From assembly GCA_020833255.1 (NCBI GenBank), contig JAJHQR010000003.1:1-52896 (forward strand): a DNA stretch of 52,896 nt. Reading direction: 5' to 3'. This DNA is from Desulfurococcaceae archaeon. Its GTDB lineage: Archaea; Thermoproteota; Thermoprotei_A; Sulfolobales; NBVN01. Numbering within the stretch: the first letter of the stretch is position 1; each line of letters begins with the position of its first letter. The position numbers and the translations under genes are program-made. The notes beneath the pieces are model-generated. The model saw only the letters and a list, made by a program, of their open reading frames with translations. It ran no database searches and was not told the DNA's origin. Positions 38,105 to 48,134 of the stretch are shown one piece after another.

Positions 38105-39982
38105 CTAAAATACTGTAACTGTTTTCGCTAAGTTTCTGGGTTTGTCGGGATCTAAGCCTTTCTTGACGGCCGTATAGTAAGCTAGTAGCTGTAGGGGCAC
38201 GACGTATGAGGTCGCTGAAGCTACTTCATGTAGGGCGGGCATTACGAAGCTGAAGTCCGCTAGTGATAAGGCTTCCTCAGCGTTGTTCGGCGAGACCAGT
38301 ATCGCGTAAGCCCCTCTAGCTTTCATTTCCTCGATATTACTCTTTATTAACTCTTCTTCCTCCTTGCTTAAGATAACAAACACTACCGGGAAGCCTTCCT
38401 CCACTAAGGCTATAGGGCCGTGCTTTGATTCCCCGGCAGGGTATGCTTCAGCGTGCACGTACGCGATCTCCTTCATTTTAAGCGCTCCCTCCATAGCGAC
38501 AGGTAATCCGAGACCTCTCCCGAGGTAGTACGCGTTATTCTTAAAGCTCATCTTATCAGCTAGTAATGAAGCTAGCCTCTCACTCTCTTTCAAAGTCCTC
38601 GCTACTATCTCGGGAGTCTCACGTAAGGCGTTGTAGATGTTGGCGGCTACGGAAGGCTTTAAAACACTTCTTAACTCCCCTGTCTTGATCGCTAGGTATG
38701 AGAGGAGCGCTACCTGCGACGTGAAGGTTTTAGTAGCTGCTACCCCTATTTCCGGCCCCGCTCTTATGTAGATAGCCATGTCAGCTTCTCTGGCTATGGC
38801 AGACTCCACCACGTTAGTTACTGCAATTGTTAAAGCTCCTCTCTCCTTGGCTTCCCTAATCCCTCTCAAGGTGTCTATGGTCTCTCCAGACTGGCTAACC
38901 CCGATTACTACGTCGCCTTGACTCAACGCGTTGAGCCACCAACGACTCTCCGAGGATATGAGGGCCTCAGCCCATAAGTTAGCGTATTTCCTGAATAAGA
39001 GCGCGGTTATTAGCGTGGCGTGGTAGGAAGTCCCGGCACCAAGCAACAACACTCTCTCGGATTTAGCGAGTACTCTAGCCACGTCACTCACGGACTCGTT
39101 AGCTGCGCTTAACGTGGAGGCCAGAGCGTACGGCTGCTCGTGGATTTCCTTAAGCATGAAGAAATCATACCCTTCCTTCAAAGCCATTTCAGGGCTCCAC
39201 TCAACAACCCTAACCCTACGCTCCACGTCGACGGGGAGCCACCTGACAGAACCCCCCTCCCGAACCATCCTCTCCACCACAACCTCCCTCGGCGTGATGT
39301 AGCCTGCCTCGCCATCAACTAACACGATGACCCTCCTAGTGTGGTTTAAGAAAGCCACCACATCGCTCGCGACGAAATTACCCTTATTTCCTAAGCCTAT
39401 TATTAGGGGCGACATCTTCTTAGCGAAAAATATCTTTCCGGGATCCTCTAAATCTATCATTGCTAGCGCGTAAGCTCCCTCAAGCAACTCAATAGTTTTC
39501 TTGAAGGCCTCGTAAGTGCTGAGCCCCCTCTTCTTAAAGGATTCTACTAGGTGCGGGATTACCTCAGTATCCGTGTCTGAGGCGAATCTATGTCCCTCAC
39601 CAATTAAGAACTCCTTAAGCTTCTTGTAGTTCTCTATGATCCCGTTATGCACCACGGCTACGCGGCCTAAGCAATCGGTGTGTGGGTGAGCGTTCTCGTC
39701 ACTCGGTTTCCCGTGTGTTGCCCACCTAGTATGCCCGATACCGTTAAATCCTGAAATAGAGTCAAAACCTAGTCTCTGGGATACTGCGTCTATCATGCCC
39801 TTAGACTTCCTAATCTTGAGTAACCCCTCCTCAGTTATCACCGCCAAGCCTACTGAGTCATACCCCCTATACTCAAGCCTCTTCAAAGCATCCTTAATCA
39901 GCTTGCCGAGAGGTTCTTGAGTGAACCCCTCCTCGGTAGTTATACCTATTATGCCGCAAACCACGCGCTCGCAGCCTCGCAC
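38105..39982 (-). CDS. glmS: Glutamine--fructose-6-phosphate aminotransferase (isomerizing)
   Basis: CGIIG (true start is the codon before Cys), LEYRGYDS, GHTRWATHG, SQSGET, PRNLAKTVTV. Confidence 0.96.
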   Translation of the reverse strand: MRGCERVVCGIIGITTEEGFTQEPLGKLIKDALKRLEYRGYDSVGLAVITEEGLLKIRKSKGMIDAVSQRLGFDSISGFNGIGHTRWATHGKPSDENAHPHTDCLGRVAVVHNGIIENYKKLKEFLIGEGHRFASDTDTEVIPHLVESFKKRGLSTYEAFKKTIELLEGAYALAMIDLEDPGKIFFAKKMSPLIIGLGNKGNFVASDVVAFLNHTRRVIVLVDGEAGYITPREVVVERMVREGGSVRWLPVDVERRVRVVEWSPEMALKEGYDFFMLKEIHEQPYALASTLSAANESVSDVARVLAKSERVLLLGAGTSYHATLITALLFRKYANLWAEALISSESRWWLNALSQGDVVIGVSQSGETIDTLRGIREAKERGALTIAVTNVVESAIAREADMAIYIRAGPEIGVAATKTFTSQVALLSYLAIKTGELRSVLKPSVAANIYNALRETPEIVARTLKESERLASLLADKMSFKNNAYYLGRGLGLPVAMEGALKMKEIAYVHAEAYPAGESKHGPIALVEEGFPVVFVILSKEEEELIKSNIEEMKARGAYAILVSPNNAEEALSLADFSFVMPALHEVASATSYVVPLQLLAYYTAVKKGLDPDKPRNLAKTVTVF

Positions 39983-40031
39983 TTATTTTACTCGTTTAAA
40001 GAAATAAATAGTTTGAGTGAGGTAGTCCGTC

Positions 40032-40835
40032 TTGAAGTTCTTGTTAGTTAATGATGACGGATTCGTGACTAAAGCACTACCCCTAACCTACCACACACTA
40101 TCTTCTTTCGGTGAGGTACTGGCTATAGTTCCTGAAATACCTAAGTCGGGAGGCGCTCACTCACTAACCCTACACAAACCATTATTCCTGAGGGAACTCT
40201 TAATACACGATACTAAGATCTACGTAATAAACGGGACTCCCGTGGACGCTGTCCACGCAGCTCTACAAATACTCAACTATAGACCATCCCTAGTAGTTTC
40301 AGGCGTGAATATAGGGGAGAACACGTCGTCGCAAAACATCCTCTACTCAGGTACTGTGGGGGCCGCGCTGGAAGCGGGTTTGCTGGGGATCCCGTCCGTA
40401 GCTTTCTCAGCTGACGTGGAGAGCGATGAGGAATTAATAGAGCCTCGATACTCCTCCAAGGTTAGGAAAATAATAGAGGCCGTAGTAAGCTTCATCACGA
40501 GTAAGGGGTGGTTCAGCGGGGTGGACACGATATCGATAAACATCCCTAGGTCTGGTTTTAAGGGAGTGGTCATGCCTAGGACTCAGAGACTAAGATTTCA
40601 TCAAAGGTTTGAGAGCAGGGTGGACCCTAGGGGGAGGAGGTATTATTGGTTAGTTGGGGATAAGATCGTTGAGGAAGGCACGGACTCGCACTACTTAAGT
40701 GAGGGCTACGTAGTCGTCACACCGTTAAGAGTGGACTTAACGCATCCCGCGTTAAGCGGTTGCGGCGAGCTAGACCCGCTCCTCACCGAGCTGATAAATC
40801 ACCTTAACAAAACATTAAGCTACTCACCTAGATAG
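40032..40835 (+). CDS. surE: 5'/3'-nucleotidase SurE
   Basis: VNDDG, GTPVD, SGVN.GEN, YSGTVGAA.E. Confidence 0.93.
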   Translation: MKFLLVNDDGFVTKALPLTYHTLSSFGEVLAIVPEIPKSGGAHSLTLHKPLFLRELLIHDTKIYVINGTPVDAVHAALQILNYRPSLVVSGVNIGENTSSQNILYSGTVGAALEAGLLGIPSVAFSADVESDEELIEPRYSSKVRKIIEAVVSFITSKGWFSGVDTISINIPRSGFKGVVMPRTQRLRFHQRFESRVDPRGRRYYWLVGDKIVEEGTDSHYLSEGYVVVTPLRVDLTHPALSGCGELDPLLTELINHLNKTLSYSPR

Positions 40836-40844
40836 CTACGGGGG

Positions 40845-42143
40845 TTGAGGTTGATGAGCAGGAAGAGACTAGAAGGTTTCACACGCTTCGAGAAGTATGA
40901 GGACGCTCTCTCAAGGCTATTGACTCAAGTCAGTGTAGCCATTGAGTCGGAGATGGTGCCGGTTACGGACGCTGCCGGCAGGGTGGCTGCTGAAGACACG
41001 TATAGTTTGAGAGACTACCCGCCCGTTGATAGGGCCGCGTTAGACGGCTACGCGGTGAAATCGCTGGACGTGCTGAGCGCCTCGCCTAGCAACCCGGTAA
41101 TACTGAGACTCGTGGGGAGTGTTGAGGCAGGGGAGATCCCTAAATTCACCGTTAACGTTGGGGAGGCAGCCATAGTTTTCACGGGTGCTACGATGCCGGA
41201 AGGCTCGGACGCGGTAATCCCTTTCGAGGAAGCGGTCAGGAAAGAGAGCTATGTCTACGTATTAAGACCTGCTCAAAAATACAAGAACGTTAGTAGGGCT
41301 GGCGAGGATATCAAGAAAGGCGACTTAATAATTAAGAGGGGTCTTACCGTAAGACCTTGGCACGTGGCCGCGTTAATTGAGGCAGGAATCACGGAAATAA
41401 AGGTTTTTAAGAAGCCTAGGGTAGGGATCGTAAACGTCGGGAATGAGTTGCTGGCCGGGGGAGGCGGTAAGATACCTAATTCAACGGGACCTCTAATACA
41501 CGCGTACCTGAAAGAACTTGGTTGCGAGCCCGTCTTAATAGGTGTGGTGCCTGACGACGTGGAAGAAATATCTAGCACGGTCTCAAGGGTTTTAAGAGAC
41601 TTCGACATCCTCGTAATGACCGGGGGGACTTCTGTTGGAGGTAAGGATTTAGTTCCTGAAGCTCTCTCTAGGGTTAAGAGCGCGAGCTTAATTTTCCACG
41701 GCGTTAACCTGAGGCCCGGCAGAACTGCTGGGGCATACTTAATTGAGGGTAAGCCGGTGCTAATGTTTTCAGGCCTGCCCGTAGCAGCTTTAGTAGGTCT
41801 TGAAGCGTTCGTTAAACCCTTAATAAGGAAGCTCATGGGAGCCGCCCCGTTACCGGAACCAACCGTGAGGGTTAGGGTGCGTAGGAGGGTGGCCAACGTC
41901 GTGGGTTTCAAGTCTTTCTTTAGAGTAGTTGTTTACCGCGAAAACAACGAACTCTTCATGGAACCCCTTAGATTATCAGGGTCCGGAATCATATCAACCC
42001 TCTTAAAAGGTAACGCTATATTGGTCGTTGACGAGAATATAGAGGGATATGATGAGGACGACTACGTGAACGTTATTTTAATAGGGCCTATATACGAGAA
42101 GAGACCTGAGTTCTTAGATCAAGAAGCCTCGACATCTTCTTAA
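40845..42143 (+). CDS. moeA: Molybdopterin molybdenumtransferase MoeA
   Basis: DRAALDGYAV, TGA.MP, GNEL, TGGTSVG..D, RPG, GLP. Confidence 0.92.
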   Translation: MRLMSRKRLEGFTRFEKYEDALSRLLTQVSVAIESEMVPVTDAAGRVAAEDTYSLRDYPPVDRAALDGYAVKSLDVLSASPSNPVILRLVGSVEAGEIPKFTVNVGEAAIVFTGATMPEGSDAVIPFEEAVRKESYVYVLRPAQKYKNVSRAGEDIKKGDLIIKRGLTVRPWHVAALIEAGITEIKVFKKPRVGIVNVGNELLAGGGGKIPNSTGPLIHAYLKELGCEPVLIGVVPDDVEEISSTVSRVLRDFDILVMTGGTSVGGKDLVPEALSRVKSASLIFHGVNLRPGRTAGAYLIEGKPVLMFSGLPVAALVGLEAFVKPLIRKLMGAAPLPEPTVRVRVRRRVANVVGFKSFFRVVVYRENNELFMEPLRLSGSGIISTLLKGNAILVVDENIEGYDEDDYVNVILIGPIYEKRPEFLDQEASTSS

Positions 42144-42194
42144 AGCTTGAACATATCTCACGAACCGAAGAATGCGTTCATGACACGTTGTTAG

Positions 42195-42268
42195 TGGGGC
42201 CGCGGGGATTTGAACCCCGGACCACGGGGACCCAAGCCCCGCATTCTACCAAGCTAAACTACGGCCCC
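42195..42268 (-). tRNA. tRNA-Pro(UGG), intronless, CCA not encoded
   Basis: GGGGCCGTAGTTTAGCTTGGTAGAATGCGGGGCT-TGG-GTCCCCGTGGTCCGGGGTTCAAATCCCCGCGGCCCCA cloverleaf. Confidence 0.97.
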
Positions 42269-42332
42269 TAACCTACAAAACAATAAGGAACCAGACATAT
42301 ATATTTCTTATGATGTTCGGGGCGGCGCGAAC

Positions 42333-43298
42333 TTACTCAGTAACCAACACTTCAATCTTGTTCGTTATCTCTTCCTTTATTTTCTTAGTGAATTCCTTAA
42401 GTGAGCCACCGTCTTTCAAGAGTTTCTCGAATTCTTTGAATAGGTTGGTTTGCGGCATGCTTACCTCCTTGATTACTTTGTTGAGTTTCTCGCTTATTAC
42501 TAAATAAAGTTCTAGAGATCTTCTTAAGGCCCTCTTCTCTATGTCTAGTCCGTTCATTCTCGTGAAGGCTGCGTGTTCTTTAATCGTTTTTGCTAGCGGC
42601 TCCACGCTAGCTATGCTCAGAGCGTTCGTTAAGATGACTTTCGGAGTCCAACCCCTCTTCACAACGGAGTCTAACGCGAAGAGTACTTGGTTGTAGGTTA
42701 GGTTAGCTCCCGGTAGGTCGGCTTTATTTACTACGTACACGTCCCCGATCTCCATTATGCCGGCTTTAATAGCTTGTATCTCATCGCCTGACTCAGGCAT
42801 TAAGACGACGACTATAGTGTCAGCTACGCTCATTATCCTCGTGCTGAACTGCCCTGCCCCAGGAGTTTCTAGGATTATGTAATCAAATCCTAGACGCTCA
42901 AGCAACTCGATGGTGAGTAAAGTCTTCAGAGGTAATGATTCCTCCTCACGCGTCGTCATAGACCTGATGTACACTTCCTTAGGAACGTCCTTCATCCTGA
43001 CCCTATCACCCATTACGGCTCCCCCAGTAATAGGGGATCTAGGATCAACCGCTATGACGGCGATCGAGTTGCCCTCACGAGCTAAGAGGGTGGCTACAGC
43101 GTTTATTAATGTAGACTTGCCCACGCCGGCCGACCCAGTGAACCCTACCACGTGAGCGGTTTTAGGCTGGTACGGGATTTGAGTAATCACTGAAATCGAG
43201 TTTAGCGGGTTTTCCTCAATTAAGGTTATTAGCTTACTTATTGATGCCTTATCTCTCTTAAGAGCTCCGTTAATGAGTCTCGCGACGTCGATACTCAT
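42333..43298 (-). CDS. meaB: MeaB/ArgK GTPase (methylmalonyl-CoA mutase chaperone)
   Basis: GSAGVGKST, AVDP.SP.TGGA.MGDRVRM, GDEIQAIKAGIME, VNKAD. Confidence 0.9.
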   Translation of the reverse strand: MSIDVARLINGALKRDKASISKLITLIEENPLNSISVITQIPYQPKTAHVVGFTGSAGVGKSTLINAVATLLAREGNSIAVIAVDPRSPITGGAVMGDRVRMKDVPKEVYIRSMTTREEESLPLKTLLTIELLERLGFDYIILETPGAGQFSTRIMSVADTIVVVLMPESGDEIQAIKAGIMEIGDVYVVNKADLPGANLTYNQVLFALDSVVKRGWTPKVILTNALSIASVEPLAKTIKEHAAFTRMNGLDIEKRALRRSLELYLVISEKLNKVIKEVSMPQTNLFKEFEKLLKDGGSLKEFTKKIKEEITNKIEVLVTE

Positions 43299-44341
43299 AT
43301 AGTCATTCCTCCGGAAACGTGTTTGATGCCGTTACCCGTTAATATGACCACGACCTTCCCGGAAATACTCTTCTCCTTCATTAACTCTCTCGCTACCGCA
43401 TAGCCGTAAGCGCTCGTGGGCTCGGCTACAACCCCCTCCCTCCACAACTCCCTCAGGTACGGCACCGCTAACTCGTCATCTATTACCGCGTATAAGCCCT
43501 CTAATTCTTTAAGGATTTTAGCAACGTGCTGTAGCCTCGGGGCGTCAGTTAACCTTATCCCGTCAGGGAGCTGAGCTCTAGACCTGCAAACACTCACGCA
43601 AGGTTTGTAATACTTGGTGAGTGACTCATAACCGCATGCTTGAACAGCCACCAGCTTCGGAACACGCTTAACTACCCCGGCCTCAACTAACTCCATATAA
43701 CCCTTCCACAAACCTATGAGGAGGGTGCCGCTAGCTAGCGGACTAACGACGTAGTCTACCTCGCCTAACCCCCTAACTAGTTCTAGCGCTAGATCTTTCA
43801 TACCTTCTAGGAAGTAGGGGTTGATTCTATGCCCTACGTAACACCCCTCCGGATCACTTACGGCAAGCCTAGCAGCCTCGTCCCTCGTAGGAGCCTCCAC
43901 CACCTCAGCACCCAGAGCTTTAAGCATGTTTTTCTTGCCTGCCGGCGCGTCGTAGGGTACGTAAATCCTGGCTTTTATGCCGGCACGCCCGGCGTAAGCA
44001 GAGTATGAAATCCCCGCATTACCTGATGAATCCTCGATAACCAGCTTACAACCCCTGCTCAAAGCTTCTGAAACCGCCGTGACAGCGCCTCTGTCTTTGA
44101 ACGAACCTGATGGGTTAAGGTAATCTAACTTCAAGTAAATACCTTCCCTAGACTTTATCACGGGGGTCCTACCCTCGCCGAGGGTTACGAGCCTTAACTC
44201 CCTAGGAATTAACGTGCCGTCCTCCCTCAAAGACGTACGAAAATCACTATCTACTAAGAGCGGCTCACCGCAGTGCTCGCACACATATAACCCGGGCCTG
44301 TACTCAGTCTGAAAACCACACCTCCAACACACTAACCTCAC
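43295..44341 (-). CDS. Threonine-synthase-like PLP enzyme (fold type II)
   Basis: Zn ribbon, TLGEG.TP, NPSGSFKDRG (Lys intact), DSSGNAG, EPTSA, LTGNGIK. Confidence 0.88.
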   Translation of the reverse strand: MRLVCWRCGFQTEYRPGLYVCEHCGEPLLVDSDFRTSLREDGTLIPRELRLVTLGEGRTPVIKSREGIYLKLDYLNPSGSFKDRGAVTAVSEALSRGCKLVIEDSSGNAGISYSAYAGRAGIKARIYVPYDAPAGKKNMLKALGAEVVEAPTRDEAARLAVSDPEGCYVGHRINPYFLEGMKDLALELVRGLGEVDYVVSPLASGTLLIGLWKGYMELVEAGVVKRVPKLVAVQACGYESLTKYYKPCVSVCRSRAQLPDGIRLTDAPRLQHVAKILKELEGLYAVIDDELAVPYLRELWREGVVAEPTSAYGYAVARELMKEKSISGKVVVILTGNGIKHVSGGMTI

Positions 44342-44408
44342 GTCATCACACCGACAAAATATTTTCTCAAATTATTATAAGAACACATTAAAGACCTGAA
44401 AAATTTGA

Positions 44409-45881
44409 TTAAGTGCTGGAACGCATCATCATGGGGAAGGGGATTACTTCCTTTATTGATGTCTGCCCGGTGAATATCATCACTAACCTATCTATCCCTA
44501 ACCCTAAGCCGCCTGCCGGCGGCATCCCGTACTCGAGAGCTTCCACGAAGTCCCAATCATAAGGGTGTGCTTCAGCATCACCTAACTTCCTCCTCTCCTC
44601 CTCCTGCTTAAAGTACGTTTCCTGAAGTACCGGGTCGTTTAACTCTGTGAAGGCGTTAGCTAACTCCATGCCGGCGATGTATAACTCAAACCTCTCAGCA
44701 TACTCGGGGTTCAGCCTATGAGGCTTGGCTAGAGGAGATGATGACGCTGGGAAATCAATCACGAAAGTAGGCTGTATTAAGTGTTGAGCCCCCACCAACC
44801 TATCGAAAAGCTTTACTATAGCCCTACCCCTATCGTAACCACCCGGTAGTGTGAGGCTGTATGTCCTTAGAAGATCTCTTAAGTCGTCATCACTCAATAC
44901 ATCGACGTTGACCCCCGCAAACTCCCTCAACCCATCAACCATCCTAACCCTCCTGTAAGGAGGTCTCAAATCTATCTCAACGTTTGATTCCCCGACGGGA
45001 TAGCTCACCTTAGTAGTTCCTAGAACCTTCTCAGCCACAGTGCTTATTAGTTCTTCCGTAAGCCTCATCACGTCATTGTAATCCGCGTAAGCTTGGTAAG
45101 CCTCCATCATAGTGAATTCCGGGTTGTGTTGCACGTCTATGTCCTCGTTCCTGAAGTTCTTACCTATCTCGAAAACCTTGTTGAAGCCCCCTACCAAAAA
45201 CCTCTTCAAGTACAGCTCGAGAGATATCCTCAAATACCAGTCCTCGCCGAGTGCTTGAATCCTGGTTATGAAGGGTTTCGCGGCGGCGCCGCCGTAAACC
45301 GGCTGAAGTATGGGGGTCTCAACCTCTATGAATCCCTTACCCCACATGAACTTCCTTATCTCAGCTATGGTATTGAATCGCGTTTCAAAAATCTTCCTTA
45401 CTTGCGGGGTCATCATTAAGTCTAGGTAGCGCTTCCTGTACCTGACTTCAGGATCCAGTATTTTATGACCCCACTTAACGGGAGGGGATCTCAGAGCCTT
45501 CACTATGAGCTGGTATTCCCTGACGTTAATGGTTAGCTCCCCTTTCTGAGTGTAGAAGAGCTCCCCCCTCACGTTTATGAAATCACCTAAGTTAACGTAC
45601 CTCAAGAATTGCTCGAAACCCTCATTACCTACGTTACCAGCGTTTACTGAGAGCTGTATTCTGTAGCCGTCGTCTATTAAGTCAACGAACACTAGCTTAC
45701 CATGCCTTCTGAGACTAGCCACCCTGCCGGCGGTAGCGACTACCTCACCAACCTTGGGGTTACTGACTATGTTCTTGACGGGCACGTAACCTAGGCTAAG
45801 CACGTGTGGGTAGGGGTTAATCCCCTTCCTCATCAACTCCTCTCTTAAACTCTTCCTGAAATCCCTCTCAACACTCATCAA
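44409..45881 (-). CDS. lysS: Lysine--tRNA ligase, class II
   Basis: RYRKRYLDL, GGAAAKPF, FRNE...HNPEFT, EYGMPP.GG.G.GIDRL. Confidence 0.96.
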   Translation of the reverse strand: MMSVERDFRKSLREELMRKGINPYPHVLSLGYVPVKNIVSNPKVGEVVATAGRVASLRRHGKLVFVDLIDDGYRIQLSVNAGNVGNEGFEQFLRYVNLGDFINVRGELFYTQKGELTINVREYQLIVKALRSPPVKWGHKILDPEVRYRKRYLDLMMTPQVRKIFETRFNTIAEIRKFMWGKGFIEVETPILQPVYGGAAAKPFITRIQALGEDWYLRISLELYLKRFLVGGFNKVFEIGKNFRNEDIDVQHNPEFTMMEAYQAYADYNDVMRLTEELISTVAEKVLGTTKVSYPVGESNVEIDLRPPYRRVRMVDGLREFAGVNVDVLSDDDLRDLLRTYSLTLPGGYDRGRAIVKLFDRLVGAQHLIQPTFVIDFPASSSPLAKPHRLNPEYAERFELYIAGMELANAFTELNDPVLQETYFKQEEERRKLGDAEAHPYDWDFVEALEYGMPPAGGLGLGIDRLVMIFTGQTSIKEVIPFPMMMRSST

Positions 45882-45967
45882 GCCCTACCTAACCTAACAA
45901 TACGTGATGGGTTAAAAATATGTGAGTCACGAGAGACACTTAAAAATCTCCCTTAATGTAGTATTCG

Positions 45968-46195
45968 GTGAGTAGTGTGCCCGTCGAAGTATACGACAAG
46001 AACAAATTTATAGAGTTGTCGGCTAGGGCGGAGGTATGTAGGGTCGTGAGGAAAGAGAAGGAAGGGATAGCTAAGGTCAAGGCTAGAACGAAAAGATATC
46101 TCTACACGATAAAAATACCTTTAAACGAATTAGAGGAATTCGTTAAGCAACTGAAGTGTAAGGAAGTTGTTGAAGTAGGTAAGAAGACCTCATAA
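45968..46195 (+). CDS. rpl38e: 50S ribosomal protein L38e
   Basis: KVKARTKRYLYT motif; probable start at GTG 45977 (MPVEV). Confidence 0.85.
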   Translation: MSSVPVEVYDKNKFIELSARAEVCRVVRKEKEGIAKVKARTKRYLYTIKIPLNELEEFVKQLKCKEVVEVGKKTS

Positions 46196-46251
46196 ACTTT
46201 TTATGTTGAAGAACCGGGAAGCACGCAATTAGTGAGCTCTTTAGGGTCAGG

Positions 46252-46307
46252 TTTTCAGAGCGGATTACTCACATCATTACTTCAGAGATCGAGGACTTCA
46301 TCACGAT
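46252..46307 (-). ncRNA. Box C/D guide sRNA
   Basis: Minus strand GTGATGA-agtcctcgatct-CTGA-agta-ATGATGT-gagtaatccgct-CTGA: four boxes and two 12-nt guides. Confidence 0.85.
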
Positions 46308-46370
46308 GTTTAAAGCCGCTTCACCCCATATTAATTCTTGAACTGAAGTTAATATGTTCGGGGTGAGGGT

Positions 46371-47066
46371 TTGGAGGAAGCTCAGGTAGCTCGCTTAGCC
46401 GCGGTTACTGAAGCACTCAAGTTCTTGGAGGGGAGGGAATTAATAGGTTTAGGGACTGGCAACACCACGGAACTCTTCATTAAAAAAGCTCATGAGAGGG
46501 GGTTGCTGAGGGGTAAGTCTTTAGTAACCACTTCAGCGAGGACCGCGACTGTCTTAGCGGAGCTAGGTTATATGGACGTTAACGTCTTATCCGTTGAGGA
46601 ACTCGACCTCTACGTGGACTCAGCTGACGAGGTAGATTTAGAGGGTAGGATGCTTAAGGGTGGTGGGGCGGCTCTGACCATGGAGAAGCTACTGGCTAAG
46701 CACTCACGATTAAGAGTCTTCGTCGTTGATGAATCTAAGCTAGTAAGTAAGCTCTGCGTGAAGCACCCTATACCGGTCGAGGTCTTACCTAACGCGTTGA
46801 GAATGATCTTAAATGACTTGAGGAAGCTCGGCGCGCGAGCCTCACCCAGAGAATGCAACGGAAAGAAAGGACCTGTGGTGAGCGATGTAGGAGGCTTCAT
46901 AATCGACGTAATACCGCCGGATAACATGGAGTTAAGCGAGTTCACTAAAAAATTGAAGAGCCTTACCGGAGTCATAGAAGTAGGTCTCTTCCTAGATGAG
47001 GCGGACATAGTCATCGTAGGTTTAAAGGACGGGAGTGTGAGGTATATAAGAAGAACTCGCGAGTAG
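46371..47066 (+). CDS. rpiA: Ribose-5-phosphate isomerase A
   Basis: IGLGTG.T, DSADEVD, KGGGAAL..EK, GVIEVGLF. Confidence 0.92.
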   Translation: MEEAQVARLAAVTEALKFLEGRELIGLGTGNTTELFIKKAHERGLLRGKSLVTTSARTATVLAELGYMDVNVLSVEELDLYVDSADEVDLEGRMLKGGGAALTMEKLLAKHSRLRVFVVDESKLVSKLCVKHPIPVEVLPNALRMILNDLRKLGARASPRECNGKKGPVVSDVGGFIIDVIPPDNMELSEFTKKLKSLTGVIEVGLFLDEADIVIVGLKDGSVRYIRRTRE

Positions 47067-47071
47067 CTAAC

Positions 47072-48067
47072 TCAGTACCCTACCTCCCCCTTCTCAACCC
47101 CTCTTTTAACTAAGTACTCGTAGGCAGATAACGCTGCGAGAGCGCCTTCAGCAACCGCAGTAACTACCTGATCAAACTTCTTTTTATGGGGTCCGCCCGT
47201 GCAGTCGCCTGCAGCGAATAAGCCTTCCACGTTTGTTTTCTGCCCGGGCTCCACCACCACGTAGCCATACTCATCTAGCTTAAGCCCTATCCTAGCGAAG
47301 AATTCCTTAGGTGGTTCTGACCCTATCTCTATCAACACCCCTTCTACCTCGATCTTCCTGGCCTCGTGCGTGACTAGATTCTCTACCTCAACCCACTCAA
47401 CGGACTTACTGCCTCCGATACTCTTGATCACTGAATTCAATACTAGCTCTATTTTCGGGTGGTTAGTTACGGACTTAACGTACACGTCGTATGCTCTGAA
47501 AGAATCTCTCCTATGTATTAAGTAGACTTTAGTAGCGTATGAGGTCATCAGCAGAGCTGATTGAAGAGCTGAGTTGCCGCCACCTACTACAGCAACTACC
47601 TTGTCTTTGAATAAGGGGGCGTCGCACGCGGCACAATACGTAACACCCCTACCAGCGAATTCCGCCTCGCCCGGAACGCCTAGTCTTCGCCTCCTACTAC
47701 CTACAGCTAAGATCACCGTCCTGGCCTTGAAGACAGTTCCCGACTTAGTCGAGACTCTGAATAGGTCGTTCTCTTTCGCGACCTCCGTCACGGAATCCAT
47801 ATAGATCGGTACATCATACTTCTTAACATGCTCTATGAACTTCTTAGCTAACTCCGGACCGAAAATCTCTTGTATCCCTATGTAGTCATCGACTATGCCC
47901 GCCTCGTTCAGGGTCCCCCCTAGGTTCTCGCCGACGCAGGCGGTCTTAAGCCCTAACCTCTTAGAGTATAGAGCTGCTGAAAGCCCTGCCGGGCCAGCCC
48001 CAATAATCAAGACGTCCAGGACTTCCGCTTCACGAGGTTTTCTCGGAATCCCGAGCCTGAAACCCAT
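47072..48067 (-). CDS. trxB: Thioredoxin reductase
   Basis: GAGPAG, GVTYCAACD, GGGNSA, HRRD, AAGD. Confidence 0.92.
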   Translation of the reverse strand: MGFRLGIPRKPREAEVLDVLIIGAGPAGLSAALYSKRLGLKTACVGENLGGTLNEAGIVDDYIGIQEIFGPELAKKFIEHVKKYDVPIYMDSVTEVAKENDLFRVSTKSGTVFKARTVILAVGSRRRRLGVPGEAEFAGRGVTYCAACDAPLFKDKVVAVVGGGNSALQSALLMTSYATKVYLIHRRDSFRAYDVYVKSVTNHPKIELVLNSVIKSIGGSKSVEWVEVENLVTHEARKIEVEGVLIEIGSEPPKEFFARIGLKLDEYGYVVVEPGQKTNVEGLFAAGDCTGGPHKKKFDQVVTAVAEGALAALSAYEYLVKRGVEKGEVGY

Positions 48068-48134
48068 CTCAAACCCTCAATAACTAGTTATTTGAGGAGG
48101 AGTAAATAAAGATGTGTGAGAATGGTGTGGGTTC

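Noticed and set aside
42144-42268. tRNA-Pro as an integration site
   Set aside because: No duplicated tRNA 3' fragment or integrase seen; flanks are housekeeping genes
44290-44350. GTGATGA...CTGA on the minus strand as a C/D sRNA
   Set aside because: Coincides with the RBS and start of the PLP enzyme gene; no convincing C'/D' boxes
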